Source: an uncultured Dehalococcoidia bacterium (GTDB lineage: Bacteria > Chloroflexota > Dehalococcoidia > Lucifugimonadales > UBA3495). Taken from it: a stretch of 31,342 nt of DNA. A program made the position numbers and the translations under genes. How positions within the stretch are numbered: the stretch's first letter is position 1; every line of letters begins with the position of its first letter. Below, piece after piece: positions 17,417 through 26,718 of the stretch. Where the stretch lies: positions 1 to 31,342 of the forward strand of contig CATMOE010000044.1 of assembly GCA_950072105.1 (NCBI GenBank). The letters run 5' to 3'. Under the pieces are notes generated by a model. That model ran no database searches and was not told the origin of the DNA. It was given only the letters and a program-made list of their open reading frames with translations.

Positions 17417-19429
17417 ATGACGCTGGCATTGACGCTGGACAAACCCATGGAACGGGTCAGACGAGTGTTGGGCATCTCGTCAATCCTGACGCTCGCTCTC
17501 GTCTTCTTGATCGCCGTGTTGATGGCCTTGATCACCATGTACGACATACAGCGCGAGCGCACGTCCTTCTATGACAACCTGGAGAAAAGAGGCGACTTCT
17601 TAAGTAACGGTCTGACCGAGGTATTCGCGGACCACCTTTATTACGCCAGAGTCCGGGAATTGCAAAGTGCGGCCGACCGAGTTATGGCCAGCCTGCCGGA
17701 TATCCAGGCCATTCGGGTGTTCAGAAGAGACGGCAGTGTATTGGTGGACCGGCAAGGGCACGCGGGCAATTCGGCCTACGTTGTTGGCACTGCTAAAGGA
17801 CCGGTGATCTCGGACACCGTGGATACCGGGATATTCGCGTACAGTTACACCAGAGATAGTTTGCTGGTCACCAGCCCCTTAGAGATAAACAGCGAGGTCA
17901 TCGGCACCGTTCAGTTTGCCTTCGACCAAGGGCCATTAAACGCGGAGATAACCCAGATACTTTTGGAGCGGGCCTGGCAGAGTTCGGCGCTTATCGCCTT
18001 GGGCATCGCCCTGGCCTACTTGATCTCACGTGAGGTGACTCAGCCGCTTAAGACATTGGCGGCTTCCGCCGAGAGAATCGGAAACGGCGATCTGGAGGAA
18101 CCCGTTCCAGCCCAGGGCGCGAAAGAGACCAAAGTGCTGGCCAACGCATTGGAGCGGATGAGAGTGGAGCTAAGGGGGCTCTATGGCGGACTAGAGATCA
18201 AGGTGGCGGCAAGGACCCAGGAAATTTCCAATATCAACCAAGATCTAGAAAGAGAGATCGAGGTGCGCAAACTGGCTGAAGGAGCGCTTCGCGACAGCGA
18301 AAGCAGGCTGCAATCCATGATCGATTCCGCCGCCGCGGGAATCATCACCATCGATGATGAGGGCATCGTCGAGTCCGTTAATTCGGCAGCGGAGAAACTG
18401 TTCGGCTATCGCCCGGACGAAATCGTCGGGCAGTCGGTTTCGCTTCTGATGCCGGCGCCCTATCAAGATGCGCACGACGGATATCTGGCAAGCTACAGGG
18501 AAACCGGCAGGTCCGAGATCGTCGGTACCAATCGTGAATTGCAAGCCCAACGCAGGGATGGGACGGTTTTTCCCATCGAGCTGGCGGTGAGCGAATCATG
18601 GTCGGGTGGCCGTAGGACCTTCATCGGAATCATCACTGACGAGACAGAACGTAAACGAGCCGAAGATGAGCGGGCGCGTCATGCCCTGGCTCTTGAAGCG
18701 GCCAACAAAGAGTTGGAAGCGTTCAGCTACTCGGTTTCCCACGACTTGCGGGCCCCGTTGCGGTCTATCAACGGTTTCAGCCAGGCTTTGCTGGACGACT
18801 GTGCCGATGAGTTGGGTGAATCCGGGCAGGACTACCTACATCGGGTGAAGGCTTCCAGCGAGCACATGGCCGAGCTGATCGACAATCTTCTCCAGTTGTC
18901 GCGCATCACCCGGTCGGAGATGAAGTGGGAACAGGTTGACCTCTCCGCGATCGCCGGGTCCATCGCCGCGGAGGTCCAAAGGTCCCAACCCGAACGCCAG
19001 GTGCGGTTCGATATAGCCGAGGGCCTGGCGGACCAAGGGGATGGAAGGTTGTTGCAGGTGGTGTTGGACAACCTGCTGAGTAATTCTTGGAAATTTACCG
19101 CCAAGCAGCCTCAGGCGCATATTGAGTTTGGCGCGGAACGGTTTGACGGTGTGCCGGCTTATTTCGTTCGGGACAACGGGGCTGGATTCGACATGGCCTA
19201 TTCAGGAAAGTTGTTCGGGGCGTTCCAACGGCTACATCCTACGTCCGAGTTCGAAGGCACGGGGGTGGGCCTCGCCATCGTGCAGCGGGTTATCCACAGA
19301 CATGGAGGCAAGGTGTGGGCGGAAAGCGCTGTAGATCGAGGCGCGACATTTTATTTCACACTGAAAACAGGGGAGGAGAATGGAAGTGGAGGGAAAATTA
19401 ATCTTGTTGGTGGAAGACAATCCGGATGA
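17417..19429 (+). CDS. Membrane sensor histidine kinase: 2 TM, HAMP, FixL-like heme PAS, HisKA, HATPase
   Basis: Two hydrophobic segments; HAMP TQPLKTLAASAERIGNGDL; PAS LMPAPYQDAHDGYL...RRDGTVFP; H-box VSHDLRAPLR; N-box NLLSNSWKF; DNGAGF; FQRLH; GTGVGL. Confidence 0.93.
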   Translation: MTLALTLDKPMERVRRVLGISSILTLALVFLIAVLMALITMYDIQRERTSFYDNLEKRGDFLSNGLTEVFADHLYYARVRELQSAADRVMASLPDIQAIRVFRRDGSVLVDRQGHAGNSAYVVGTAKGPVISDTVDTGIFAYSYTRDSLLVTSPLEINSEVIGTVQFAFDQGPLNAEITQILLERAWQSSALIALGIALAYLISREVTQPLKTLAASAERIGNGDLEEPVPAQGAKETKVLANALERMRVELRGLYGGLEIKVAARTQEISNINQDLEREIEVRKLAEGALRDSESRLQSMIDSAAAGIITIDDEGIVESVNSAAEKLFGYRPDEIVGQSVSLLMPAPYQDAHDGYLASYRETGRSEIVGTNRELQAQRRDGTVFPIELAVSESWSGGRRTFIGIITDETERKRAEDERARHALALEAANKELEAFSYSVSHDLRAPLRSINGFSQALLDDCADELGESGQDYLHRVKASSEHMAELIDNLLQLSRITRSEMKWEQVDLSAIAGSIAAEVQRSQPERQVRFDIAEGLADQGDGRLLQVVLDNLLSNSWKFTAKQPQAHIEFGAERFDGVPAYFVRDNGAGFDMAYSGKLFGAFQRLHPTSEFEGTGVGLAIVQRVIHRHGGKVWAESAVDRGATFYFTLKTGEENGSGGKINLVGGRQSG

Positions 19430-19823
19430 AGAGGCGCTGACACTACGGGCATTGGATCGTAGTGGTATCGACAGTCAAGTGGTGGTAGCTCGAGATGGAG
19501 CCGAAGCCCTGGATTACTTATTCGGGACCGGCGCATATGCCGGGCGCGACACGACCATCATGCCCACCGTGACTTTCCTCGACTTGAGGCTGCCCAAGAT
19601 AGACGGTCTGGAAGTGTTGCGGCGGATGCGGGCTGATGAGCGCACCAAATTGCTTCCCGTGGTGACTCTATCTTCTTCCGACGAGAAACATGACATCTCC
19701 ACTTGCTATGAATCCAAGGCGAACAGCTACATCCGTAAGCCCGTCAGCTTTATCGAGTTCACCGAGACGGTGCGCCAATTGGGCCAATACTGGATGGAGT
19801 TGAATGTGCCGCCTGGGATCTAG
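19380..19823 (+). CDS. Single-domain response regulator (Rcp1-like)
   Basis: ILLVEDN, LDLRLPKIDG, ANSYIRKPV and YW motifs; GGAGGAG RBS; overlaps the kinase 3' end. Confidence 0.92.
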   Translation: MEVEGKLILLVEDNPDEEALTLRALDRSGIDSQVVVARDGAEALDYLFGTGAYAGRDTTIMPTVTFLDLRLPKIDGLEVLRRMRADERTKLLPVVTLSSSDEKHDISTCYESKANSYIRKPVSFIEFTETVRQLGQYWMELNVPPGI

Positions 19824-19850
19824 CCGCCTGGGATTTAGAGGAAGGTACGT

Positions 19851-21398
19851 ATGAATAAACCGATCTGCGTTTTGATCGTCGAGGATTCCGAAGACGACGC
19901 ATTCTTCCTGCTGCGCGAGATCCGGCGTGGCGGTTACGACCCATCTCATCGTCGGGTCGATACCCCGGAGGCGATGAAGTCGGCGTTGTCTGACGATAGC
20001 TGGGACATCGTATTGATCGACCACGTTATGCCCCTATTCAGCGGACCGGCCGCGCTGGCTTTGCTGAAAGAGTCGGGGCTGGACTTGCCCGCGATCATAG
20101 TGTCCGGCGTGATCGGAGAGGATGCGGCAGTCGACGCCATGAGAGCTGGCGCTAGAGACTACATCCTCAAGGATCGGCTGAACCGCATGGTGCCGGCCAT
20201 CGATCGCGAACTGGGAGAGTCGCGTCAGCGAAAAGATCTCAAGGCGATGCAAGAGCATGTGTTCCAGTCTCAAAAAATGGAAACCGTTGGACGACTGGCC
20301 GGCGGTATAGCCCATGACTTTAACAACATGCTTACGGCGATCTTGGGCTATACCTACTCGGGGATCAGAGACTTGCCTGAAGGGGACCATCGCCGCTTAT
20401 ATTTCGAAGAGATCCAGAAGGCCGCTGAACGGGCTGCCAACCTAACGCAACAACTCCTGGCATTCTCCCGGCGGCAGATCATAGAGCCTAAGATCGTCGA
20501 TCTAAACCGGCTCGTGATAGATACCAGCACGATGATTCGCAGCGTGATCGGTGAAGGGATCGAGTTGGTCACGTTGCTTGAGCCCGATCTTTACAACGTT
20601 GAAGTGGATTCAGGCCAAATGGCAAGGGTGCTGATAAACCTGGCCACCAACGCTCGGGACGCTATGCCCCAGGGCGGCAAGCTCACCGTGGAGACCAACA
20701 AAGTGACCGTAGGCCAGGGCGCCAACGGAACCGGCAACTCGGTTGCTCCCGGAGACTATACCTTGCTCACGATTTCCGACAACGGAGTGGGCATTTCGCC
20801 GGAGGATAAAGAACATCTTTTTGAGCCCTTTTTCACTACCAAGGAAGTTGGGAAGGGGACGGGATTAGGATTGGCGACATGCTTCGGTATCGTTGAGCAA
20901 AACGGCGGGCGCATCGAGGTTGATAGCGACCTGGACCGGGGCACTACGTTTAGGATTCACTTACCCCGAGTGCCGGATGAAGAGCCGCCGGTTCCCGTCG
21001 CGGATGAACCTGTCAATCTCCATCGCGGAACGGAGACGGTATTAATAGTGGAAGATGAGCCCTTGGTGCGCAACATGGTGGTCCGCATCCTGTTCGAGCA
21101 GGGATACCGGGTGCTGGAAGCTTCCAATGGAGAAGAGGCGCTAAGGGTGGTTAAGAGCCATGTCGGAGAAAATATCCACCTGCTGCTCACCGACTTGGTG
21201 ATGCCCCAGATGGGCGGTAAAGACTTGGCCGAGCAGCTTAAAACCTTGCGGCCCAACACCAAAGTACTGCTAACCTCCGGGTACAGCAACGATCTCGTAT
21301 TTCAAAACGGTGAATTGGGCGGCAATGTTTCATTCATACAAAAACCGTTCATGCCGGCGGACCTGGTAGCCAAAGTTCAGGAAGTATTGGGAGCGTGA
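19851..21398 (+). CDS. Hybrid sensor kinase/response regulator (REC-HisKA-HATPase-REC, CckA-like kinase core)
   Basis: VLIVEDS; GRLAGGIAHDFNN; NLATNARDAM; FEPFFTTK..GKGTGLGL; C-terminal VLIVEDE...LLTDLVMP...KP. Confidence 0.93.
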   Translation: MNKPICVLIVEDSEDDAFFLLREIRRGGYDPSHRRVDTPEAMKSALSDDSWDIVLIDHVMPLFSGPAALALLKESGLDLPAIIVSGVIGEDAAVDAMRAGARDYILKDRLNRMVPAIDRELGESRQRKDLKAMQEHVFQSQKMETVGRLAGGIAHDFNNMLTAILGYTYSGIRDLPEGDHRRLYFEEIQKAAERAANLTQQLLAFSRRQIIEPKIVDLNRLVIDTSTMIRSVIGEGIELVTLLEPDLYNVEVDSGQMARVLINLATNARDAMPQGGKLTVETNKVTVGQGANGTGNSVAPGDYTLLTISDNGVGISPEDKEHLFEPFFTTKEVGKGTGLGLATCFGIVEQNGGRIEVDSDLDRGTTFRIHLPRVPDEEPPVPVADEPVNLHRGTETVLIVEDEPLVRNMVVRILFEQGYRVLEASNGEEALRVVKSHVGENIHLLLTDLVMPQMGGKDLAEQLKTLRPNTKVLLTSGYSNDLVFQNGELGGNVSFIQKPFMPADLVAKVQEVLGA

Positions 21399-21413
21399 CT
21401 CTTCTCGGGGAGA

Positions 21414-21460
21414 CCGCAAACGCCCCGGCAGTACGTCGCCGGGGCGTTTGCGGACTTTTT
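21414..21460 (+). terminator. Rho-independent terminator between convergent genes
   Basis: 16-bp perfect stem CCGCAAACGCCCCGGC / GCCGGGGCGTTTGCGG with an 8-nt loop, followed by ACTTTTT. Confidence 0.8.
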
Positions 21461-21483
21461 GGCGGGACTAGTGCCTAGGTAAG

Positions 21484-22407
21484 CTATTTGGCATACTTCC
21501 CTGAGATCTGCGGCGTCGTGCCTTCCAAGCCCTGGTTCGCCCGGTCCAGCCGGGTATCTCTGGCCCAGGTCCGCTTCAAGTCGTCTTGAATGTTGAAGTG
21601 GAGGGTTCCCAGACCCTCGACCTCCAAGTCGATCTTGTCCCCGTCCATAAACGCGCTTAACCCGCGGTGGTTGGTGCCGGTGGCAACCACGTCACCGGGC
21701 TCCAAGGTGTGGATCGAAGATACCCACTCCATTATCCTGGGAATCTTGTGGGCCATGTCGCTGGTGTTGAAGTTCTGCTTAAGCTCTTCGTTGACCCATA
21801 GCCTGATCTGTAGATTGTCCACGTCCGATATCTCGTCGGCGGTGACGATTACCGGTCCCATGGGCGCGAAGGTCTCCCGGGACTTCATCTGGTAGAAGGT
21901 GTTCCCGGGCGGCTCCAATCCACGAGCCGAGCCGTCGATGAAGTTCACGTAGCCGAAGATGTGGTCGAAGGCGTTTTCCGGGCTGATGTTGGACGCCCGT
22001 TTGCCGATGACCAAAGCCATCTCCGCTTCACCCTCAAATATGGCGGCGGGAACATCCGGTAGGACCATCGTGTCCCCATTGCCGATGACCGCGTTGGGCG
22101 ACTTCTGGAAGGCGTTGATGGGCGCAGGGGCGGCCCTGGTGCCATCCTCCATGTAGTTGACGGCCATGGCTACTATGTTGGGGTGGGGCAGTGGCGACCT
22201 GATCCTGACCGAATCTAATGGCACCCCACTGCCACTGTTGATGGCCGCTTCCAATCCAGCTTTGTGCTGTGAGAAGTTCTCAATCACCTTGTTGAGCAGG
22301 TCCTGGGGCGAAGTATGCTCGATCCCACTTACGGCCCCGGTCAGATCAACAACCGTGTCTCCCTTGAGAGCGCCAAATTTAAAGTCGTCGTAAAAAAGTA
22401 GTTTCAT
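21484..22407 (-). CDS. Fumarylacetoacetate hydrolase family protein
   Basis: AVNY, EGEAEMALVIGK, DGSAR, KSRETFAPMGP and LEPGDVVATGT motifs; ATG at 22407 after GGAGG. Confidence 0.92.
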   Translation of the reverse strand: MKLLFYDDFKFGALKGDTVVDLTGAVSGIEHTSPQDLLNKVIENFSQHKAGLEAAINSGSGVPLDSVRIRSPLPHPNIVAMAVNYMEDGTRAAPAPINAFQKSPNAVIGNGDTMVLPDVPAAIFEGEAEMALVIGKRASNISPENAFDHIFGYVNFIDGSARGLEPPGNTFYQMKSRETFAPMGPVIVTADEISDVDNLQIRLWVNEELKQNFNTSDMAHKIPRIMEWVSSIHTLEPGDVVATGTNHRGLSAFMDGDKIDLEVEGLGTLHFNIQDDLKRTWARDTRLDRANQGLEGTTPQISGKYAK

Positions 22408-22562
22408 GTTTCCTCCAAAAATTATCGATAGCTGGTAATGCCGGAGATGCGCTTCATCGTAGTTTTGAACCAAAACATGATAACCACTCCGTTCATGGCT
22501 ATCAAGTTTTTACCGAAATTCTCACCCTTATCCTGAACGGAGACATGTGCGATCAGGGACGG

Positions 22563-23450
22563 TTATGCCTCTGGGGCGCCCCCGGCCAACCGGCGCAATA
22601 TGTCGAACAGAATAACGAAGTCTTTATCGGCAAGGCCCATACCTTGAGCGGCGTTGAGAAATTGATCGGTTACTGCGGTGGTCGGAAGAGGGACGCCCAA
22701 TTCACCACCGGCTTCCAGGGCCAGCCGCAGGTCTTTTTGTATCATGTTGACGTCAAAGAGCGGTTCTTCGGGCATGTTAAGCACCATGGGAAAGCGGTAC
22801 TTCAACGCCGGGGAAGCGACCACGCTGTTCAACAGAACCGTGGTGGCCAACTCTCTGGAGATGCCCATCTTCTCTGCTAACAAGAGGCTCTCGCTGAAGG
22901 CGAGAATCTGCACCGGCAGGTTCAGGTTGACCGCCACCTTCATCATCGCGGCCAATCCGTTAGCGCCGACGTAATCAACTGTCGGCCCGATGTCCTGCAG
23001 TATAGGTTTGATCTCCTCCAAGGCGTCTTGGTCCCCACCGACCATGAAGGAAAGTTGGCCGGCTTTCAAAGTGATCAGGCTTCCGGACACGGGGGCGTCG
23101 AACATCTTGGCCCCGGCCTCTGCCACTTGAGCCGCGATCTGCTTGCTGGCGGCGGGACTGACGGTGCTCATGTCGATGTAGAATTTCCCCGGACTCAAGC
23201 CCGCCAGCAGACCGTCTGGGCCGCCGGTCACGGCGTGCAGAGCCTCGGTGTCCCTCACCATGCTCAGGATAACATCGGACGACTGGGCCACGGCTCGTGG
23301 CGTTTCCCCCCAAGCCATCCCCAAGTCCATCAGCCACTGGGCCCTGGATCTGGTCCGGTTGTAGCCGGTAACCGAATGCCCGGCTTCCAGCAGTCGCCGG
23401 GCCATCTCTCCGCCCATGGAGCCCAGACCGACAAATCCGATATTAGCCAT
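22563..23450 (-). CDS. NAD(P)-dependent beta-hydroxyacid dehydrogenase (3-hydroxyisobutyrate dehydrogenase family)
   Basis: GFVGLGSMG, IDMSTVSP, DAPVSG, catalytic Lys in MKVAVN, and KDL. Starts 11 nt after the upstream stop. Confidence 0.92.
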   Translation of the reverse strand: MANIGFVGLGSMGGEMARRLLEAGHSVTGYNRTRSRAQWLMDLGMAWGETPRAVAQSSDVILSMVRDTEALHAVTGGPDGLLAGLSPGKFYIDMSTVSPAASKQIAAQVAEAGAKMFDAPVSGSLITLKAGQLSFMVGGDQDALEEIKPILQDIGPTVDYVGANGLAAMMKVAVNLNLPVQILAFSESLLLAEKMGISRELATTVLLNSVVASPALKYRFPMVLNMPEEPLFDVNMIQKDLRLALEAGGELGVPLPTTAVTDQFLNAAQGMGLADKDFVILFDILRRLAGGAPEA

Positions 23451-23461
23451 ATTCTGCCCTC

Positions 23462-23986
23462 TTACCGGGTTGGGGCCGGGTAGTCGTCCATGTTGAAGGG
23501 GCTGCCGTTCAGGTTGACGGTGTCGTGGAACAGTTTGGGGTCGGCTATCGTCTGCCTAACGTAGCAGCCGTTCCTAGCGTTTCTTAGAAGACCGGCTACC
23601 TCTGCCGGAGTGTTGGAGGACTCTATCTCGTAGTGGATCTCGATCTTGTCTGCCCGGGCTTGGACCGTTTGGGCCAGCACCGAGCCCTCGGACGCTACGT
23701 GCAAAGCGATGGTAGCTGTAACGTTGCTGACTTCGACCTTCATCATTTGAGCGTACCGCTCAATCTGGGTCATCTCTCAAAATAAGATGGACGAGGCAAA
23801 ATAAGCCAGAGGCGACGGCGCGGAGTTATCCCCCATGGGCTCCCGCTCGGCGCATTTGATGGTGAAGCCGCGAATCTCCGCCTCTTTATTCTGATGCTCC
23901 AGGATCCGGGCGTTGCCCTCCATGGAGAAGGACCGGGAGATGATGTCCGCGGACGCAGGCTGGGAGGAAGGAGCCGGTGTAGTCAT
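23462..23986 (-). CDS. OsmC/Ohr-like peroxiredoxin, predicted selenoprotein (Sec at codon 70, TGA 23777-23779), 174 aa
   Basis: ORFs 23777..23986 and 23462..23773 are in frame (TTT TGA GAG ATG). SP-x10-U matches the OsmC/Ohr P-x10-C catalytic motif; the second Cys is in ARNGCYVRQT; a SECIS-like hairpin follows the TGA. Confidence 0.85.
23735..23771 (-). promoter_or_regulatory. Bacterial SECIS-like stem-loop
   Basis: mRNA after UGA: GAGAU-GACC-CAGA-UUGAGC-GGUAC-GCUCAA-AUGAUGAA-GGUC. Perfect apical stem, G-initiated loop about 19 nt from UGA, lower GACC/GGUC pairing. Confidence 0.75.
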
Positions 23987-24017
23987 GACTGCCTCCAGAT
24001 GGGATTAGATTTCGGGA

Positions 24018-24026
24018 AGTATAGCA
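24018..24026 (-). promoter_or_regulatory. Extended -10 element TGCTATACT upstream of the OsmC-like gene
   Basis: TGnTATACT about 30 nt upstream of the ATG at 23986, which has a GGAGG RBS. Confidence 0.5.
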
Positions 24027-24121
24027 CGGGGAATTCCCTGTAATGAGTGTTCCAATAATGGGTTGAATCGCGCCGGTGGCACGTCGGTCCTGGGCCGATT
24101 CCAGCGCTACCTCCAAGCTGG

Positions 24122-25168
24122 CTAGAAGCCGGGCATCACATCGGCCATAAAAAGCCCGAGGGAATGGGATGCTTCTTCGTGGCTGAGGTCGCCCCACTGG
24201 ACCGATGAAACTAGGTAATTACAGTTGCTTTCGGCGGTATATCGTTCCACGAATTCTCTGACCGTTGCGGGTGATCCTACGATCAACTGCTCACCAGTTA
24301 TTGCTTGGTCGAAGTCTGGGTCCCAAGGATAGCGCCCAACATGTGGTATTGGGCCGTATGCTTCTGGCCTTCTCCACGTGCCTCCCGGCAGAGGTTTTCT
24401 GAAGTTGGCGCGATAAACCTCATACGCCGAACGGGCTCGCCGCATCGCCTCTTCGTTGGTGTCGGCCAGGTATATCCGTTTCGTGCCGCCGTAAAGGGGT
24501 TCAGTTGGCTGGAGCGCGTCGGAGCTATTTTCGTCGACATGCTTTTGAAAGTTCTCCTTGAAGGTCTCCACGGTGGCTGGAAGGCTCTCGATGGTGCCAA
24601 AGTTGATGAAGTTAGCGCCGTATCTGCCCGCGGTTGCCGGGTTTCCCGCATACCAGAAGGGGGGATGCGGTTTCTGCTTGGGCTTGAGCTCCATCCACAA
24701 GTCTTTGAACTGGTAGTACTTGCCCGAAAAGTTGATGAATTCTTGGGTCAGGCCTTGTTTGAGAATCTCGAAGGTCTCATCAAAACGCTCTGTCACCTCG
24801 GCGGGGTCACCGCCCCACATAGCGAACTCCTCCCCGATAGGAGCGCCCTTGCCGATGCCGATCTGGTACCGGCCTCCGCTCAGGTTATCCACCATGCAGA
24901 TCTCTTCGATTAGGCGGATGGGGTGATACATGGGCAATACGTACACCAAGGGGCCGAAGTTGATGCGCTCAGTGCGGGCCGCGACCGCCGACAGGTAGAT
25001 CCCCTGACTTGGAGTCGCGGAAAGCGGGGAGTGGTGGTGTTCCGCCACGTGGTAGCCATACACGCCGCCCCGGTCCGCCTGGGCAAGCAGGTCAAGACGA
25101 TCTGAGTACTGCCGGTCTAACGAAACATCGTCGAGCCGTTCCACGTGATCGAAGATACCGAATTTCAT
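24122..25168 (-). CDS. LLM-class flavin-dependent oxidoreductase
   Basis: MKFGIFD, VAEHH, HPIRLIEE, DNLSGGR, PKQKPHPPFWY and VGSP motifs; GGAGG RBS. Confidence 0.92.
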   Translation of the reverse strand: MKFGIFDHVERLDDVSLDRQYSDRLDLLAQADRGGVYGYHVAEHHHSPLSATPSQGIYLSAVAARTERINFGPLVYVLPMYHPIRLIEEICMVDNLSGGRYQIGIGKGAPIGEEFAMWGGDPAEVTERFDETFEILKQGLTQEFINFSGKYYQFKDLWMELKPKQKPHPPFWYAGNPATAGRYGANFINFGTIESLPATVETFKENFQKHVDENSSDALQPTEPLYGGTKRIYLADTNEEAMRRARSAYEVYRANFRKPLPGGTWRRPEAYGPIPHVGRYPWDPDFDQAITGEQLIVGSPATVREFVERYTAESNCNYLVSSVQWGDLSHEEASHSLGLFMADVMPGF

Positions 25169-25315
25169 GAACGGCCTCCAAATGTAGTGGGTTAACCAGG
25201 CGTGGCGTGGGGACAGTTCTAGGATTGTAAACCTAAACCAAGGGTCTGGGGGGGTGGGGATTTATTGGAGAGCGAATGCCTACGGGAACGCGGGAGTGGC
25301 GAGTGGGGTGGAAAT

Positions 25316-25353
25316 CCCCCCAACCCCCCTTTACAAAAGGGGGGCTAAAGGGG
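25316..25353 (+). repeat. REP-like hairpin repeat
   Basis: CCCCCCAA-CCCCCCTTT-ACA-AAAGGGGGG-CTAAAGGGG, just 3' of the VOC gene. Confidence 0.65.
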
Positions 25354-25369
25354 TTAGTTTCGCTGATCT

Positions 25370-25900
25370 CTAGTCGGCTTGGCCTACGGGGAGTTTGGCG
25401 CCTTGGAAGGGGCCTTCGCTCTCTTCGAATGACTTGGAGTACGCCAGGATCTCTTCGTCGGTTTGGGTGTCTAGGTCGATGGGTCTGCCGAAGCCTTGTT
25501 TAACGACGTAGCCGGTCTTGTAATAGACCTCGCCGATGTTGTTTTCCGGGTCGTTGTAATAGATGCTGACCGAGATTCCGTGGGTTACGGTTCGGAGAAT
25601 CTCAGTTCCCTCTTTCTTGAACCTGCGGTTGAACTCCCGCAAGGCGGCCATGTCTTCCACGATGAAGGAAACCTGTCCCACGTTCTGGGTGCGGGGACGG
25701 GCGCCGTCCGGGTGGTCCGCGCCTCTGGACTTACCAAGGTTCAACTCATGATGCTCGGTGTCCGGGTGAGCGCTGAGGAAACAACTGCCCCGGTCCGGGT
25801 CTTCATCGGTGACCGTTAGACCAATGACGCGGGTGTAGAAATCGCGCATTTTCAGGAAGTCGTCGCAAATTATGCCTAGATGTCCAAGACCTGTGACCAT
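25370..25900 (-). CDS. VOC/glyoxalase family protein
   Basis: LGHLGI, FYTRVIGL, EHHEL, THG and YYNDPENNIGE motifs; AGGAGG RBS. Confidence 0.88.
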   Translation of the reverse strand: MVTGLGHLGIICDDFLKMRDFYTRVIGLTVTDEDPDRGSCFLSAHPDTEHHELNLGKSRGADHPDGARPRTQNVGQVSFIVEDMAALREFNRRFKKEGTEILRTVTHGISVSIYYNDPENNIGEVYYKTGYVVKQGFGRPIDLDTQTDEEILAYSKSFEESEGPFQGAKLPVGQAD

Positions 25901-25959
25901 GTTACCTTCCTCCTACTTGCTCGCTTTTTGAGATTGGCTGGCGCTACGTGGGCTGACGG

Positions 25960-26538
25960 TTACGACGACTGCTCCATCGTCCGAACCGTACCCCGGTGGT
26001 ACCTTTCCGCCGTGGTTTCCGGGTCCCAATCGTCTGGCACCCCGGTTGCCCAGGGAGGTACCGGGTCGTCAAAGGTGAAGATGAAGTCCCGGTCGCCCCG
26101 GCCCCGCCGAAACAGTTCCCGGGCCGTCGGATACTCGTAGTAGATCTCCAGCCGGTTGCCGTCGGGGTCTGCGAAGTAGATGCTCCGCTGATTGGCGTGC
26201 TCAATCATCCGGTCGACGGTCACGCTGTGGGAGACCAGGTGGTCGTGGGCCTCTTTGAGATTGTCGTGGGTATCGACTTTGATCGCGATGTGGGCGTACC
26301 CGACGCCGTTTCGGTCCGGAGGTGGTGACGCGGTTTGGGGGTCTTCTACTTGGACCAGGTCAAAGGTATGTCCGTCGTTATGGTCGTCGTGGCCAAGGCT
26401 CAAGAACACGTCGTTGCCGTGCTCGAGGTCCTCTTCGGCGACTTTGAATCCCATGACCTCGGTATAGAACTTCTTGGCCCGCTGCAAGTCCCGTACCCGG
26501 AGCGCCACGTGACCAATCCTGGATAGTCGAATCGCCAT
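25960..26538 (-). CDS. VOC/glyoxalase (catechol 2,3-dioxygenase-like) family protein
   Basis: IGHVALRVRDL, FYTEVMG, AHIAI and SIYFADPDGNRLE motifs; ATG at 26538 after GGGGAGG. Confidence 0.9.
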   Translation of the reverse strand: MAIRLSRIGHVALRVRDLQRAKKFYTEVMGFKVAEEDLEHGNDVFLSLGHDDHNDGHTFDLVQVEDPQTASPPPDRNGVGYAHIAIKVDTHDNLKEAHDHLVSHSVTVDRMIEHANQRSIYFADPDGNRLEIYYEYPTARELFRRGRGDRDFIFTFDDPVPPWATGVPDDWDPETTAERYHRGTVRTMEQSS

Positions 26539-26590
26539 AAGATCCTCCCCGTCTGTGGGAATTGAGAGCATGATTCGTGGTGGACAAAAA

Positions 26591-26667
26591 CCCCATCCTA
26601 ATCTTCCCCCACAAGGTGGGAAGGGATTTGTCCTCTCCCCCTTTATGGGGGAGAGTTAGAGTGGGGG
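26591..26667 (-). repeat. REP-like palindromic intergenic repeat (copy B, two hairpins)
   Basis: The reverse complement matches 5502-5603 apart from loop changes, a diverged second hairpin and the missing 25-bp insert. Confidence 0.8.
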
Positions 26668-26718
26668 TGAATCATTTCTGATTCAACCTGATTGGCTAAT
26701 TGCCTGCCTAGGGGAAAA

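Noticed and set aside
23462..23773. Stand-alone 103-aa and 69-aa hypothetical genes
   Set aside because: They are in frame, each carries half of an OsmC fold, and the second lacks a good RBS.
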